A stretch of DNA of 64,000 nucleotides from Candidatus Kapaibacterium sp. (GCA_035686785.1 DASRZC010000029.1:43-64042), one strand, 5' to 3'. Counted from the stretch's first letter, positions 1-8,431 are shown. Notes: generated by a model not told the origin, from the letters alone. Numbers and translations: made by a program.

Positions 1-659
1 AGCGCGAAAAATTAGGCGGCTCGACCGCACTCCAACTCCGTCAATCGGGCCGCGTGCCCGGCATTGTTTATGGCCACGGCGAGGCCAGCGTTCCCTTTCA
101 CGTAAAAGAGTTGGACCTTCGCCCGCTTATTTATACGAATGAAACGCACACGGTTAACCTCGATCTCGATGGCTCGCCGATGCGCTGCATTTTGCGCGAA
201 GTCCAGTTTCATCCCGTGACGGATCGCGTTAGCCACATCGATCTCATCCTGATCCACGCTGGAGAGAAAATCAAGATCGAAGTTCCTGTCAATCTGGTTG
301 GCTCGCCAATTGGCGTGAAAGATGGCGGAGTGATGGACTTCTCGCTCCATAAGCTTTCGATCGAAGTTCTTCCCGATGCGATTCCGCAGCATATCGATCT
401 CGATGTGTCGGGCCTTAAGATCGGACATTCGCTTCACGTCAGCGATGTTCCCGCGAATCCGGGTTATACCATCACGACGGATGCCCATGCCGTTATTGTA
501 ACGGTCGCGGCGCCGAAGGCCGCGGAAGAAGTTGTTGCCGCGCCGGAAGCCGTTATTACCGAGCCAGAGCAGATCAAGGCCAAGGGTAAGAAGGAAGAGG
601 AAGAGGGAGCGGCAGCGCCTCCGGAAAAGGGTAAGGCTGGCGAAAAGGGTAAATCTTAA
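1..659 (+). CDS. rplY: 50S ribosomal protein L25 / general stress protein Ctc, 5'-truncated at window edge (frame continues from base 3: REKLGGSTALQLRQSGRVPGIVYGHG...)
   Basis: The L25/Ctc N-terminal signature ...LRxxGxVPGIVYGHG and beta-barrel core are present. There is an acidic/Lys-rich C-terminal tail. The ORF is open to base 1. Confidence 0.8.
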   Translation, partial: REKLGGSTALQLRQSGRVPGIVYGHGEASVPFHVKELDLRPLIYTNETHTVNLDLDGSPMRCILREVQFHPVTDRVSHIDLILIHAGEKIKIEVPVNLVGSPIGVKDGGVMDFSLHKLSIEVLPDAIPQHIDLDVSGLKIGHSLHVSDVPANPGYTITTDAHAVIVTVAAPKAAEEVVAAPEAVITEPEQIKAKGKKEEEEGAAAPPEKGKAGEKGKS

Positions 660-728
660 TTGCGAGTGTGGCGCGAACTTTAGTTTGCGTTCACCGCGGG
701 GCCGCAAACTAAAGTTCGCGCTACACGC
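660..728. promoter_or_regulatory. Perfect inverted repeat gcgcgaactttagtttgcg / cgcaaactaaagttcgcgc (hairpin) between rplY and pth. The 3' arm ends 6 bp before the pth ATG.
   Basis: Read directly. It belongs to the CAAACTAAAGTTCGCG start-proximal motif family (see findings). Confidence 0.6.
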
Positions 729-1298
729 ATGTGGATTTTTGCCGGGCTTGGCAATATTGGCCGCGAGTATGAAGGCACGCGGCATAATATCGGCTTTGAA
801 GTCGTGGATGTAGTCGAGCGGTCTTTGGATCGCTCGACTGGCTGGCGCGCCGGCAAAGGAGAATTCTATTTCGCGAAAGGGTTTCGGGGAAGCGAGGAGA
901 TTCTGCTCGTCAAGCCGACGACCTATATGAATCTTTCGGGCCGGGCCGTCCGCGATGCGCTGCAATTTTATAAAGTTCCGATGGAGCGGCTCGTCGTTAT
1001 TGGTGATGATATTGCACTGCCATTGGGAACGCTGCGATTACGTTTAGGCGGCTCGGACGGCGGGCATAACGGACTTTCTTCCATTATTTACGAATTGGGA
1101 ACCGAGGATTTCGCTCGGTTGCGGAGTGGCATCGGCGGGGATTTCCGGCGCGGCGAGCAGGTGCGGTTTGTTCTTTCGAAGTTCAAGCCGGATGAAGCTA
1201 AAGTCGCGCAGGAGATGATCGAGCGGGCGGCGCAGGCATGTTTTGAAATTGCGAACGGGGGAATTCCGAAGGCGATGAATGTGGTGAATGCTCAATAA
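729..1298 (+). CDS. pth: peptidyl-tRNA hydrolase
   Basis: The N-terminus MWIFAGLGNIGREYEGTRHNIGF and 189-aa length are typical of Pth. Confidence 0.9.
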   Translation: MWIFAGLGNIGREYEGTRHNIGFEVVDVVERSLDRSTGWRAGKGEFYFAKGFRGSEEILLVKPTTYMNLSGRAVRDALQFYKVPMERLVVIGDDIALPLGTLRLRLGGSDGGHNGLSSIIYELGTEDFARLRSGIGGDFRRGEQVRFVLSKFKPDEAKVAQEMIERAAQACFEIANGGIPKAMNVVNAQ

Positions 1299-1327
1299 AG
1301 TGTGTGGGGCGAAATGCTATTTCGCCC
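1297..1327 (+). terminator. rho-independent terminator (gggcgaaatgctatttcgccc + T-run), followed by a second hairpin ggaccgaaatatcatttcggtcc (1328-1350) that may serve convergent atpC
   Basis: A GC stem and loop is followed by TTTTTATTTT on the + strand immediately after the pth stop. Confidence 0.6.
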
Positions 1328-1371
1328 TTTTTATTTTGGACCGAAATATCATTTCGGTCCACACTATTTGA

Positions 1372-1785
1372 TTAGCCCCGAATGGGATTCTTCGCCGCGA
1401 TGCGTGCTTTGGCGCGGTCTCGGGCCTGGCGGGCGCGTTCGTAGTCGATGGTGCCGTCCATGGCGTGTTGAAGGCGTTCCTGGGCGCGGGCGAGGGCGCG
1501 TTCGGCACGGGGAACGTCGATCGCCTCGACTCGTTCGGCGGAGCTTGCGAGGACCACGCCGTTATTTTCGTGAAACTCGAGAAAGCCTCCGCCCAGCAAA
1601 AAAATAGCGTCCGGTCCGCCCGGCTTCCATTTGAAGATACCGGGCACGAGCGCGGAGACGATCGGCGCGTGATTGAGCATGATCGTAAACGGCCCGACTT
1701 CGCCGGGCGCGGTGAATTCCTCAACCTCGCCTTCGAAAATCGAGCGGTCCGGCGTTACTAATTGCAGCTTGAGAGATTTAGCCAA
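1372..1785 (-). CDS. atpC: F0F1 ATP synthase epsilon subunit (TTG start)
   Basis: MAKSLKLQLVTPDRSIFEGEVEEFTAPGEVGPFTIMLNHAPIV matches the epsilon beta-sandwich plus C-terminal helices. Confidence 0.8.
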   Translation of the reverse strand: MAKSLKLQLVTPDRSIFEGEVEEFTAPGEVGPFTIMLNHAPIVSALVPGIFKWKPGGPDAIFLLGGGFLEFHENNGVVLASSAERVEAIDVPRAERALARAQERLQHAMDGTIDYERARQARDRAKARIAAKNPIRG

Positions 1786-2587
1786 GGGGCAAGGATGAAT
1801 TATGAATGATGAATGATGACGGCGTTATTTCGCGGTCGGCTAATACCTTTGTTGCATTCAAAAAGTTCGTCACAAAATTCGAACGAATGGCTTCCGCGCA
1901 TACTTGGATGGTGATGGGACGCCCGAATACGTCCGCGAGCGTTGCCGTTTCCCGTTCGAGCATGTCGCGCATTTTCTGCCGCGCATCATTTGAAAGCGCG
2001 AGTAAATCGGGCAACAGAAGGTGATCTTCGGTGAGCAATATCGAGCCATGTTGCAGCACCACTTCGCCGAAGCGCCGCTGCGCCGAGCCAATTACTTTTT
2101 TTCCGCGCCAGGTTACTTCATGCCGCGCGGTGCTGGCAAAGCAGGCGATGGGCAGCGCGTTTTTTTCCGGTCCGCCGGAGCGCGGGGTTACCAATAAAGG
2201 TGAACCTTCCAAGTTGAACGGCGCAAGGGACGAAATCGACATAACAAGTGCTTCTACGATTCTATTGTGGACCGCGTAAAGTCCGTCGGCAGGCGAGGCC
2301 CGCGTGATTACGGCGTAGGTAATCTCATTTTTATGGAGCACGGCGCGGCCGCCGGTAGGGCGGCGAACGACGTCGACTTCGTTCACCTGGCAGGCTTCCA
2401 AATCAATAGACTCGATGCGTTGTTGATAGCCAATCGAAACCGCCGCCGGCTGCCAGGAATAGAGGCGGAGCAAGCTCGGCAATGAAGGATTTTCGAGGCG
2501 CTCGCGCGTTAGCGCTTCGTCGCGCGCCATGTGGTGCGCGCCGGTGCGCTCGAAATCTTCCTCGATCCGCCAATCGGAATAGCTCAT
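1778..2587 (-). CDS. lipoate-protein ligase A / octanoyltransferase family protein (BPL/LPL catalytic domain)
   Basis: 269 aa with a LplA/LipM-like core (…GRAVLHKNEITYAVI… KVIGSAQRRF…). It overlaps the atpC start by 8 bp. Confidence 0.55.
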   Translation of the reverse strand: MSYSDWRIEEDFERTGAHHMARDEALTRERLENPSLPSLLRLYSWQPAAVSIGYQQRIESIDLEACQVNEVDVVRRPTGGRAVLHKNEITYAVITRASPADGLYAVHNRIVEALVMSISSLAPFNLEGSPLLVTPRSGGPEKNALPIACFASTARHEVTWRGKKVIGSAQRRFGEVVLQHGSILLTEDHLLLPDLLALSNDARQKMRDMLERETATLADVFGRPITIQVCAEAIRSNFVTNFLNATKVLADREITPSSFIIHNSSLPLG

Positions 2588-2656
2588 CGGCTCAGGCTTT
2601 GCTTAATGATTTATCCACCCCGGGGAGTTTTTCTTCGTAAATTTGTAGTACAAACG

Positions 2657-3514
2657 ATGAAAGCATATAGAATGAATCTCACCATATGGAAACCGGCGAT
2701 TGCCGGCGCGATTCTGATCGCCGCATTAATGGCACCCCGATGGGCCGCGGCGCAGATCGTGCATGATACGACGCACTGGAACGACGAGGAACTCTATCAG
2801 GAGGCCGGCACGCCTTCCACTTCGTTCTTTTCCGTGGGCGGCGGAATTTTGGGCGCATATTTTATTCCCGATTTCACGGCGTTCAACGCGAACATCGCGA
2901 ATAACGTCAAGGATGTCAACGGGCCATTCATTGGTAAGAATTACCGCAATGAGGTGTGGATGATCGGCGGACAGGGATTCGTCACCGTGCCATGGGTAAA
3001 AAATTTGCGCTTGGGGGGCATGGGATATGGGGGCACCAGTGTCGATTGCGGATGCACGACCACGGCGATCAACGACGGCGCGGACACGGTCAATCGTTAT
3101 CTCACCTACTCCGTCGGCTATGGCGCGCTGACGATCGACTATGTTCTTCCGCTCCGCACCGGACATTTCCATATCGTTCCCGGTATCGCGCTGGGCTATG
3201 GCGCGGTCAATATCTTTGCGCGCCAGGCGCAAAACCGGCTTCAGTTCGATCTCGGGGCGGATTTCAATGAGAATTCGATCAATTATACCCATACCTACAC
3301 CTCGCATTTCTTTCTCTATATGCCGCAATTGCAATTCGAGTATTCGCCGATCGGGCTGCTCATGTTCCGGCTGACGGCCGCGTATCAGGGAACCTCTATG
3401 GGCGCGTGGACGGTCGACCAGGGCGTCTTGCTCGGAAATACCACCGCACTTAACGGGATTAAAGGCAACGGATTTGTCGTTAGCCTCGGAGCATTTTTAG
3501 GATTATTTCAATAA
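2657..3514 (+). CDS. hypothetical secreted/outer-membrane protein (signal peptide MKAYRMNLTIWKPAIAGAILIAALMAPRWAAAQ)
   Basis: The N-terminal signal peptide is followed by Gly/Tyr-rich alternating segments and a C-terminal aromatic residue. The longer ORF from 2531 is probably an upstream extension. Confidence 0.5.
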   Translation: MKAYRMNLTIWKPAIAGAILIAALMAPRWAAAQIVHDTTHWNDEELYQEAGTPSTSFFSVGGGILGAYFIPDFTAFNANIANNVKDVNGPFIGKNYRNEVWMIGGQGFVTVPWVKNLRLGGMGYGGTSVDCGCTTTAINDGADTVNRYLTYSVGYGALTIDYVLPLRTGHFHIVPGIALGYGAVNIFARQAQNRLQFDLGADFNENSINYTHTYTSHFFLYMPQLQFEYSPIGLLMFRLTAAYQGTSMGAWTVDQGVLLGNTTALNGIKGNGFVVSLGAFLGLFQ

Positions 3515-3549
3515 TCGTCAGACAATTCCAGGTTCAAACAATTTTTAAC

Positions 3550-4266
3550 ATGGTAGAAAAAGAAACACAATTTTACGAAGGCAAAGCCAAGAAACTCTTC
3601 ACGGTAAAAGGCCACCCTGATCAAGTTATCCAGGAATTCAAGGATGATGCGACGGCTTTCAACGCGCTGAAGCGCGGAAGCTGGGCGCACAAGGGCGAGG
3701 TGAACTGCGCGATGTCAAGCGCGCTGTTCCAGATGCTCGAACGAAGCGGCATTCGAACGCACTTTATCGAGCAGCTTTCACCCGTCGATATGCTGGTGAA
3801 GCGGCTGGAAATCGTGCCGCTCGAAGTGATTGTCCGCAACATTGCGGCGGGATCGTTCTCAAAACGGTTCGGCGTCGAGGAAGGACGCGAATTCAAGCAA
3901 CCCACGTTTGAATTCTCTTATAAAGACGATGCGCTTGGCGATCCGCTCATTAATGATAGCCATGCGCTCGCAATGGAGCTTGCTACCGAAGACGAGATCG
4001 ATCACATTCGACACACTGCTCTCAAGATCAACGATATTCTGAAAGAATTTTTCCGCGAGCGGGGGATTATCCTGGTTGATTTCAAGCTCGAATTCGGACG
4101 GCACAAAGGGGAAATTCTCCTCGGCGATGAAATCTCGCCCGACACCTGCCGCTTCTGGGACGCCGTCACCCGCAAAAAGCTCGATAAAGACCGCTTCCGT
4201 CAAGACTTGGGCGGCGTCGAGGAAGCGTATGCGGAAATGCTCAAGCGCGTAACCGAGCCGGTATGA
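3550..4266 (+). CDS. purC: phosphoribosylaminoimidazole-succinocarboxamide synthase (SAICAR synthetase)
   Basis: YEGKAKKLF…, LKRLEIVPLEVIVRNIAAGS, and FKLEFG… motifs of PurC are present. Confidence 0.9.
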   Translation: MVEKETQFYEGKAKKLFTVKGHPDQVIQEFKDDATAFNALKRGSWAHKGEVNCAMSSALFQMLERSGIRTHFIEQLSPVDMLVKRLEIVPLEVIVRNIAAGSFSKRFGVEEGREFKQPTFEFSYKDDALGDPLINDSHALAMELATEDEIDHIRHTALKINDILKEFFRERGIILVDFKLEFGRHKGEILLGDEISPDTCRFWDAVTRKKLDKDRFRQDLGGVEEAYAEMLKRVTEPV

Positions 4267-4919
4267 CTCGTTATGGCAAAGACGTTATCCTCGCGGTTCT
4301 CGTCATCACGATCGTGTTGGTGGGATTGGCGATTTGGAGCGATGAAGCGTGGCTGCGAATTATTCTCGTAGTCGTAGCCGCGTTCATTTCGCTCTTCTCT
4401 CTTAATTTCTTCCGCGATCCCGATCGAACGATAGCGGCGAATGGTCGGCCTGTCGAAAATCTCATTGTCTCACCGGCGGATGGAAAAATTGTTGAAGTGA
4501 AAGCGGCGGACGAGCAGGAATTCCTGAAAGGCGGGGCCACGCGCATTTCGATTTTCATGTCGCCGCTCGACGTTCATGTCAATCGCTCGCCAATAACGGG
4601 GAGGGTGGAATATTTCCGATATGTAAAAGGCGAATTTCTCGTTGCGCACGATCCTCAGGCGACGCATCGCAACGAACGCGCAATGATCGGCCTTACGAAT
4701 AGAACGCGCAAAATTTTATTCACACAGGTCGCGGGTTATATTGCTCGAAGAATTGTTTGCGAAGCAAAAGTGGGCGATAATCTGCACGCCGGGGAGCGAT
4801 TCGGCATGATAAAATTTGGCTCCCGCGTAGATATTTACATTCCGCCGGACGCGAAGATTTTGGTGAAATCCGGCGAGATCGTTCGCGCGGGGGAAACGGT
4901 ATTGGCTGAATTTCTTTAA
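4263..4919 (+). CDS. psd: phosphatidylserine decarboxylase (short archaeal-type proenzyme)
   Basis: 218 aa with an N-terminal TM segment and a …FGSRVDIYIP… region typical of Psd. It overlaps purC by 4 bp. Confidence 0.8.
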   Translation: MTRYGKDVILAVLVITIVLVGLAIWSDEAWLRIILVVVAAFISLFSLNFFRDPDRTIAANGRPVENLIVSPADGKIVEVKAADEQEFLKGGATRISIFMSPLDVHVNRSPITGRVEYFRYVKGEFLVAHDPQATHRNERAMIGLTNRTRKILFTQVAGYIARRIVCEAKVGDNLHAGERFGMIKFGSRVDIYIPPDAKILVKSGEIVRAGETVLAEFL

Positions 4920-5014
4920 CGCGGGCGTGGTGGGACTAATGGGACGGATGGGACCGATGAAGCAGGTTGTTTACACTTTAGCACTCAGCACTTTAGCACT
5001 TTAGCACTTCCTCC

Positions 5015-5809
5015 GTGAGTAAACGCCGGCGCGCGCGATCGATCATCCCCAGCCTTTTTACGGTGATGAACCTCTTTTCGGGGTTTGTCGCGATCAAAGC
5101 CGCATTCGTCGATAACGATTTCGTCGCGGCGGGGTGGTTCGTTGTTGCGGGCGGCATCTTCGATATGCTCGATGGCATGATGGCGCGCCTCACTCGTTCG
5201 TCAAGCGAATTCGGAGTGGAACTCGATTCCATCGCCGATGTGGTAACCTTTGGCGTGGCACCCAGCGCGATTCTTTACAAAGCTTTCTTCTACCAATTCC
5301 CCGGCACGGGACTCCTCCTTGCCGCGCTCCCGGCGATTTGCGGCGCCATTCGCCTCGCGCGGTTCAACGTGCAGCTTGTCGGCTTCGACAAGGATTATTT
5401 CCGCGGCCTGCCGATTCCATCGTCCGCGATCCTCATCATCTCCTACGTTTCGTTCCATCATCTCGAACTCCCGGCAGCCGCGCAACTCACCGATCCGTGG
5501 ATGTGGATTGTGACGATCGGCGCATCGCTCCTCATGGTGAGCACGGTAAAATACGACGTGGTACCGAAGCCATCGAAGCGGCAGATCATGGCGCACCCCT
5601 TCAAATTCGGAATTTATTTCGCGGGGCTGATTCTCGTCATTGCGACACGCGGGAGCGCGATCTTCCCGCTCTTTGTTCTCTTTGTAGGATACGGAATCGT
5701 TCGCTCGGCGTATCATAGAATACGGCGCGTAATTCGCGAGCGCCGCGCCGGTGCGCTGCTGGACCAGGAAGCGCTGGAGCGCGAGGATGAATCGACGTTT
5801 GGAATATAG
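5015..5809 (+). CDS. pssA: CDP-diacylglycerol--serine O-phosphatidyltransferase (CDP-alcohol phosphatidyltransferase family)
   Basis: PNLFTVMNLFSGFVAI…DGMMAR…DSIADVV CDP-OH transferase motif. It sits adjacent to psd. Confidence 0.85.
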   Translation: MSKRRRARSIIPSLFTVMNLFSGFVAIKAAFVDNDFVAAGWFVVAGGIFDMLDGMMARLTRSSSEFGVELDSIADVVTFGVAPSAILYKAFFYQFPGTGLLLAALPAICGAIRLARFNVQLVGFDKDYFRGLPIPSSAILIISYVSFHHLELPAAAQLTDPWMWIVTIGASLLMVSTVKYDVVPKPSKRQIMAHPFKFGIYFAGLILVIATRGSAIFPLFVLFVGYGIVRSAYHRIRRVIRERRAGALLDQEALEREDESTFGI

Positions 5810-6062
5810 AACCTGGATTACGCGGATTAGATGGATTTTCTGGATTACTATCGATGAATCAACAGCTCGCAATAATCCACGGCATCCTATGACAAGAATA
5901 TCGAATAAACGGGATCTTACCGGCGTTCTCTTCGGCTCCGCGTTCAGGTTCATACCTCAGAAACGGCTTTCAATAATTCTTATTCACTTTGGCGAAAGAA
6001 AATAAATTTTTACGGAGCGATGGTAATCCAGAAAATCCATCTAATCCGCGTAATCCAGGTTC
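5810..6062. mobile_element. 253-bp MITE-like element with perfect 39-bp terminal inverted repeats (aacctggattacgcggattagatggattttctggattac … gtaatccagaaaatccatctaatccgcgtaatccaggtt)
   Basis: TIRs read directly. It fills the whole pssA-purS intergenic space, and the right TIR ends 6 bp before the purS ATG. Confidence 0.7.
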
Positions 6063-6068
6063 TGGCTT

Positions 6069-6359
6069 ATGAAATTCTTCGCATATATCGCCATTGAGCG
6101 CAAGGAAGCGATTTTGGATCCGCAAGGGAAAGCGGTCGAGCACGCGCTCGGCTCGCTCGGATTTCGAGAGATCGAGAATACGCGCATCGGCAAACTTGTC
6201 CGGCTCACGGTCGATGCTGCCACGCCCGAAGCCGCACGCGCCATTGCCGAAAGCGCCAGCGAAAAGCTGCTGGCCAACCCAATTATGGAAACCTACTCTG
6301 TTATTTCGGTAAGCGATGAGTCGGTGTTACACAGTACCGAGTGGATGGGCAACGAGTAA
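6069..6359 (+). CDS. purS: phosphoribosylformylglycinamidine synthase subunit PurS (C-terminus extended into a repeat)
   Basis: [32 protein letters not shown]…NPIMETY matches PurS. The last ~15 codons read into the GAGTGGATG… repeat. Confidence 0.8.
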   Translation: MKFFAYIAIERKEAILDPQGKAVEHALGSLGFREIENTRIGKLVRLTVDAATPEAARAIAESASEKLLANPIMETYSVISVSDESVLHSTEWMGNE

Positions 6360-6414
6360 CGAGTATGAAGGACCACCGCACTACTCGTTACACGTTACTC
6401 GTTACTCATCCACT
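6338..6414. repeat. inverted repeat cgagtggatgggcaacgagtaacgagta … tactcgttacacgttactcgttactcatccact, ending at the purQ ATG
   Basis: Read directly. It shares the sequence of the 7969-8038 element. Confidence 0.65.
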
Positions 6415-7164
6415 ATGAGAACCCGCATCATCGTTTTCCCCGGCTCGAATTGCGATCACGACGCCATGCACGCTGTGAAGAATGTGCTTGGCGAACCGGA
6501 TACCGAGTTCGTCTGGCATAAATCCGATTCAATCGGCTCGGATGTCGATCTCGTGATTTTGCCTGGCGGATTTTCTTACGGCGATTATTTGCGGACGGGC
6601 GCGATCGCGCGGTTCTCGCCCGTGATGCGAAGCGTGATCCGCTACGCGAGCGAAGGCGGCACAGTACTCGGTATTTGCAATGGGTTTCAGGTACTCTGTG
6701 AAAGCGGGCTTTTGCCCGGCGTGCTCATTCGGAACGAATCGCTCAAATTCGCATGCAAAGAGATTTATCTTGAAGTGGAGCGGGAGGATACACGATTTAC
6801 GAGCGAACTCGATTCCGGCGAGATACTACGCATTCCGATAGCGCACGGGGAAGGAAATTTTATTGCGACCGATGAAGTCCTGGCGGACATCGAGGCAAAT
6901 GGGCAAGTCATGCTTCGATATTGCGACGCCGAGGGCCAGGTAACCCGAGAGGCAAATCCGAACGGATCACTTAATAATATTGCAGGGATTATTAATAAGG
7001 AAGGCAATGTCATGGGTCTCATGCCGCATCCCGAGCGGGCTTGCGAATCCATTTTAGGCAGTGCGGACGGACGCCGGATTTTCGAAAGTTTACAAAGCCA
7101 TTTTTCAGCGTCATTGCGAGGAGCGACGAAGGAGCGACGAAGCAATCTCGTCCTTCAACCGTGA
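6415..7164 (+). CDS. purQ: phosphoribosylformylglycinamidine synthase I (glutamine amidotransferase PurQ). True start [14 protein letters not shown]. The C-terminus reads into a MITE.
   Basis: Class I GATase triad context (…GICNGFQ…, HPER). The ORF continues ~20 codons into the GTCATTGCGAGG element before a stop. Confidence 0.85.
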   Translation: MRTRIIVFPGSNCDHDAMHAVKNVLGEPDTEFVWHKSDSIGSDVDLVILPGGFSYGDYLRTGAIARFSPVMRSVIRYASEGGTVLGICNGFQVLCESGLLPGVLIRNESLKFACKEIYLEVEREDTRFTSELDSGEILRIPIAHGEGNFIATDEVLADIEANGQVMLRYCDAEGQVTREANPNGSLNNIAGIINKEGNVMGLMPHPERACESILGSADGRRIFESLQSHFSASLRGATKERRSNLVLQP

Positions 7165-7218
7165 GATTTCTTCGTCGAATAAAGCTCCCTTCGGTCGCTT
7201 TATTCTCCTCGCAATGAC
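7110..7218. mobile_element. palindromic MITE-like element, GTCATTGCGAGG / CCTCGCAATGAC termini (family copy 1)
   Basis: gtcattgcgaggagcgacgaaggagcgacgaagcaatctc…ctcctcgcaatgac. It has the same termini and internal CGAAGCAATC modules as the copies at 22.1, 36.9, 51.3, 52.4 and 55.2 kb. Confidence 0.75.
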
Positions 7219-7245
7219 AGGCACCCAAAATTATTTTAAATTTAC

Positions 7246-7440
7246 ATGGACATCGGTTACATCATCCAACTCGCGCTGTTTGCGCTGCTGGCGCTCGCGT
7301 TGCTCGTGATCGTTGTCGGCGCACTGCGGGCGATTCCGCGCTCGCACAAAATTAAGGCGTACCGCTATAGCAAGAATGGGGATGGATGGATTCTGCATCG
7401 GAAATTACCCCCTCCGATCGCGCCCAAATCGGTGAAATAA
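7246..7440 (+). CDS. hypothetical small membrane protein (one TM helix)
   Basis: 64 aa with a hydrophobic N-terminal helix. It lies 30 bp after the MITE, and I recognise no homology. Confidence 0.3.
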   Translation: MDIGYIIQLALFALLALALLVIVVGALRAIPRSHKIKAYRYSKNGDGWILHRKLPPPIAPKSVK

Positions 7441-7542
7441 TTACGTTTCACTCACGAACCTTCTCCCAACTCTCGAAGTTCGTAACTTTTGAATCCATTC
7501 TTCGGCGAAAGCCATCACTTCACCAGTAGGAGAAAACAACGA

Positions 7543-7728
7543 ATGTTTCGCAATATCGGCCCTTTCGAGCTATTGATCATCGTGTTCATCATCATGATCC
7601 TGTTCGGAGGTAAAAAGATACCGGAGCTCATGCATGGCCTGGGCAAAGGAATCAATGAATTCAAGCGTGCCTCGCAAGGCGACGCACCGCCGGAAGCTCC
7701 GAAAGCGCCCGAAGCACCAAAAGCATAA
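7543..7728 (+). CDS. tatA: twin-arginine translocase TatA/E family protein (paralog 1)
   Basis: [49 protein letters not shown] lies 8 bp upstream. The longer ORF from 7489 is probably an extension. Confidence 0.85.
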   Translation: MFRNIGPFELLIIVFIIMILFGGKKIPELMHGLGKGINEFKRASQGDAPPEAPKAPEAPKA

Positions 7729-7781
7729 CGTAGGCCGGTGCTTCCAGCCCGACCATTTCTTCAGCACTTAGCACTTTTATT

Positions 7782-7964
7782 ATGTTAGACGACCTTAGCC
7801 CACTCAAGCTTTTAATCATTGTAGCCATTGTCTTGCTCCTGTTTGGTGGCAAGAAAATTCCCGAACTGATGCACGGCCTGGGCCGTGGCATCAATGAATT
7901 CAAGCGCGCTTCGCAGGCACCGCCGGAGGAAGCCGTGAAGGCGCCGGAACCGCCAAAAGCCTGA
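7782..7964 (+). CDS. tatA: twin-arginine translocase TatA/E family protein (paralog 2)
   Basis: [34 protein letters not shown], near-identical in its core to paralog 1. Confidence 0.85.
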   Translation: MLDDLSPLKLLIIVAIVLLLFGGKKIPELMHGLGRGINEFKRASQAPPEEAVKAPEPPKA

Positions 7965-7968
7965 ATAA

Positions 7969-8038
7969 TAACGAGTGGATGAGTAACGAGTAAATTTTTC
8001 GTTGCTCGTAAATTATTACTCGTTACTCATCCACTCAT
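7969..8038. repeat. inverted repeat aacgagtggatgagtaacgagtaa…ttactcgttactcatccactc (same family as 6338-6414), ending 10 bp before the tatA3 ATG
   Basis: Read directly. Confidence 0.65.
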
Positions 8039-8048
8039 TACTTGAGAA

Positions 8049-8414
8049 ATGTTCGAAAATGTCGGCGGAGGCGAAATCCTCCTTATTTTACTGGTCATTC
8101 TGATCTTCTTCGGACCGAAGAAGATACCGGAACTTGCCCAAAGTTTGGGCAAAGGACTCCGAAAATTCAACGACGCAAAAGCTGGCATCGAATCGCAGGT
8201 CAAAGATGCGATTAAAGAGCCGCTCGAAGCGATTACCGGCGCAAAGCAAGGCTTCGAATCCTCGCTGCGCGCCGCCGCCGCGCCACTCCAAACAGAACTA
8301 AAATTGCCTCAGAACCTCACGCCGCAGCCGCTCCCGCCTCAGGCTCCGGTGCTGCCACTCCCGCCGGAAACCCAAGCGCGTGGCAATAGCGAAATTCCAA
8401 GCCGCGAAGCTTGA
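8049..8414 (+). CDS. TatA/TatB-like protein with extended Pro/Gln-rich C-terminal tail (paralog 3)
   Basis: The N-terminus ILLILLVILIFFGPKKIPELAQSLGKGLRKFNDAK is TatA/B-like. The 121-aa length and amphipathic helix extension suggest a TatB-like role. Confidence 0.7.
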   Translation: MFENVGGGEILLILLVILIFFGPKKIPELAQSLGKGLRKFNDAKAGIESQVKDAIKEPLEAITGAKQGFESSLRAAAAPLQTELKLPQNLTPQPLPPQAPVLPLPPETQARGNSEIPSREA

Positions 8415-8431
8415 ATCATTGCAGAGCGAGT

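Noticed and set aside
2726-3334. 202-aa minus-strand ORF opposite the 2657-3514 secreted-protein gene
   Set aside because: The +-strand frame has a clear signal peptide and a coherent beta-rich sequence. The reverse frame is Arg-rich with no features, so it is a spurious antisense ORF.
4983-5014. CRISPR array from the AGCACTTTAGCACT tandem and other short tandems (22300-22337 AATTCTTA repeats)
   Set aside because: The units are 7-14 bp with no unique spacers, and no cas genes are in the window. They are simple tandem repeats or motifs, not CRISPR.
5201-5953. 250-aa minus-strand ORF overlapping pssA and the MITE
   Set aside because: It is antisense to a conserved CDP-alcohol phosphatidyltransferase gene and runs into repeat DNA. 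It is a spurious reverse-frame ORF.
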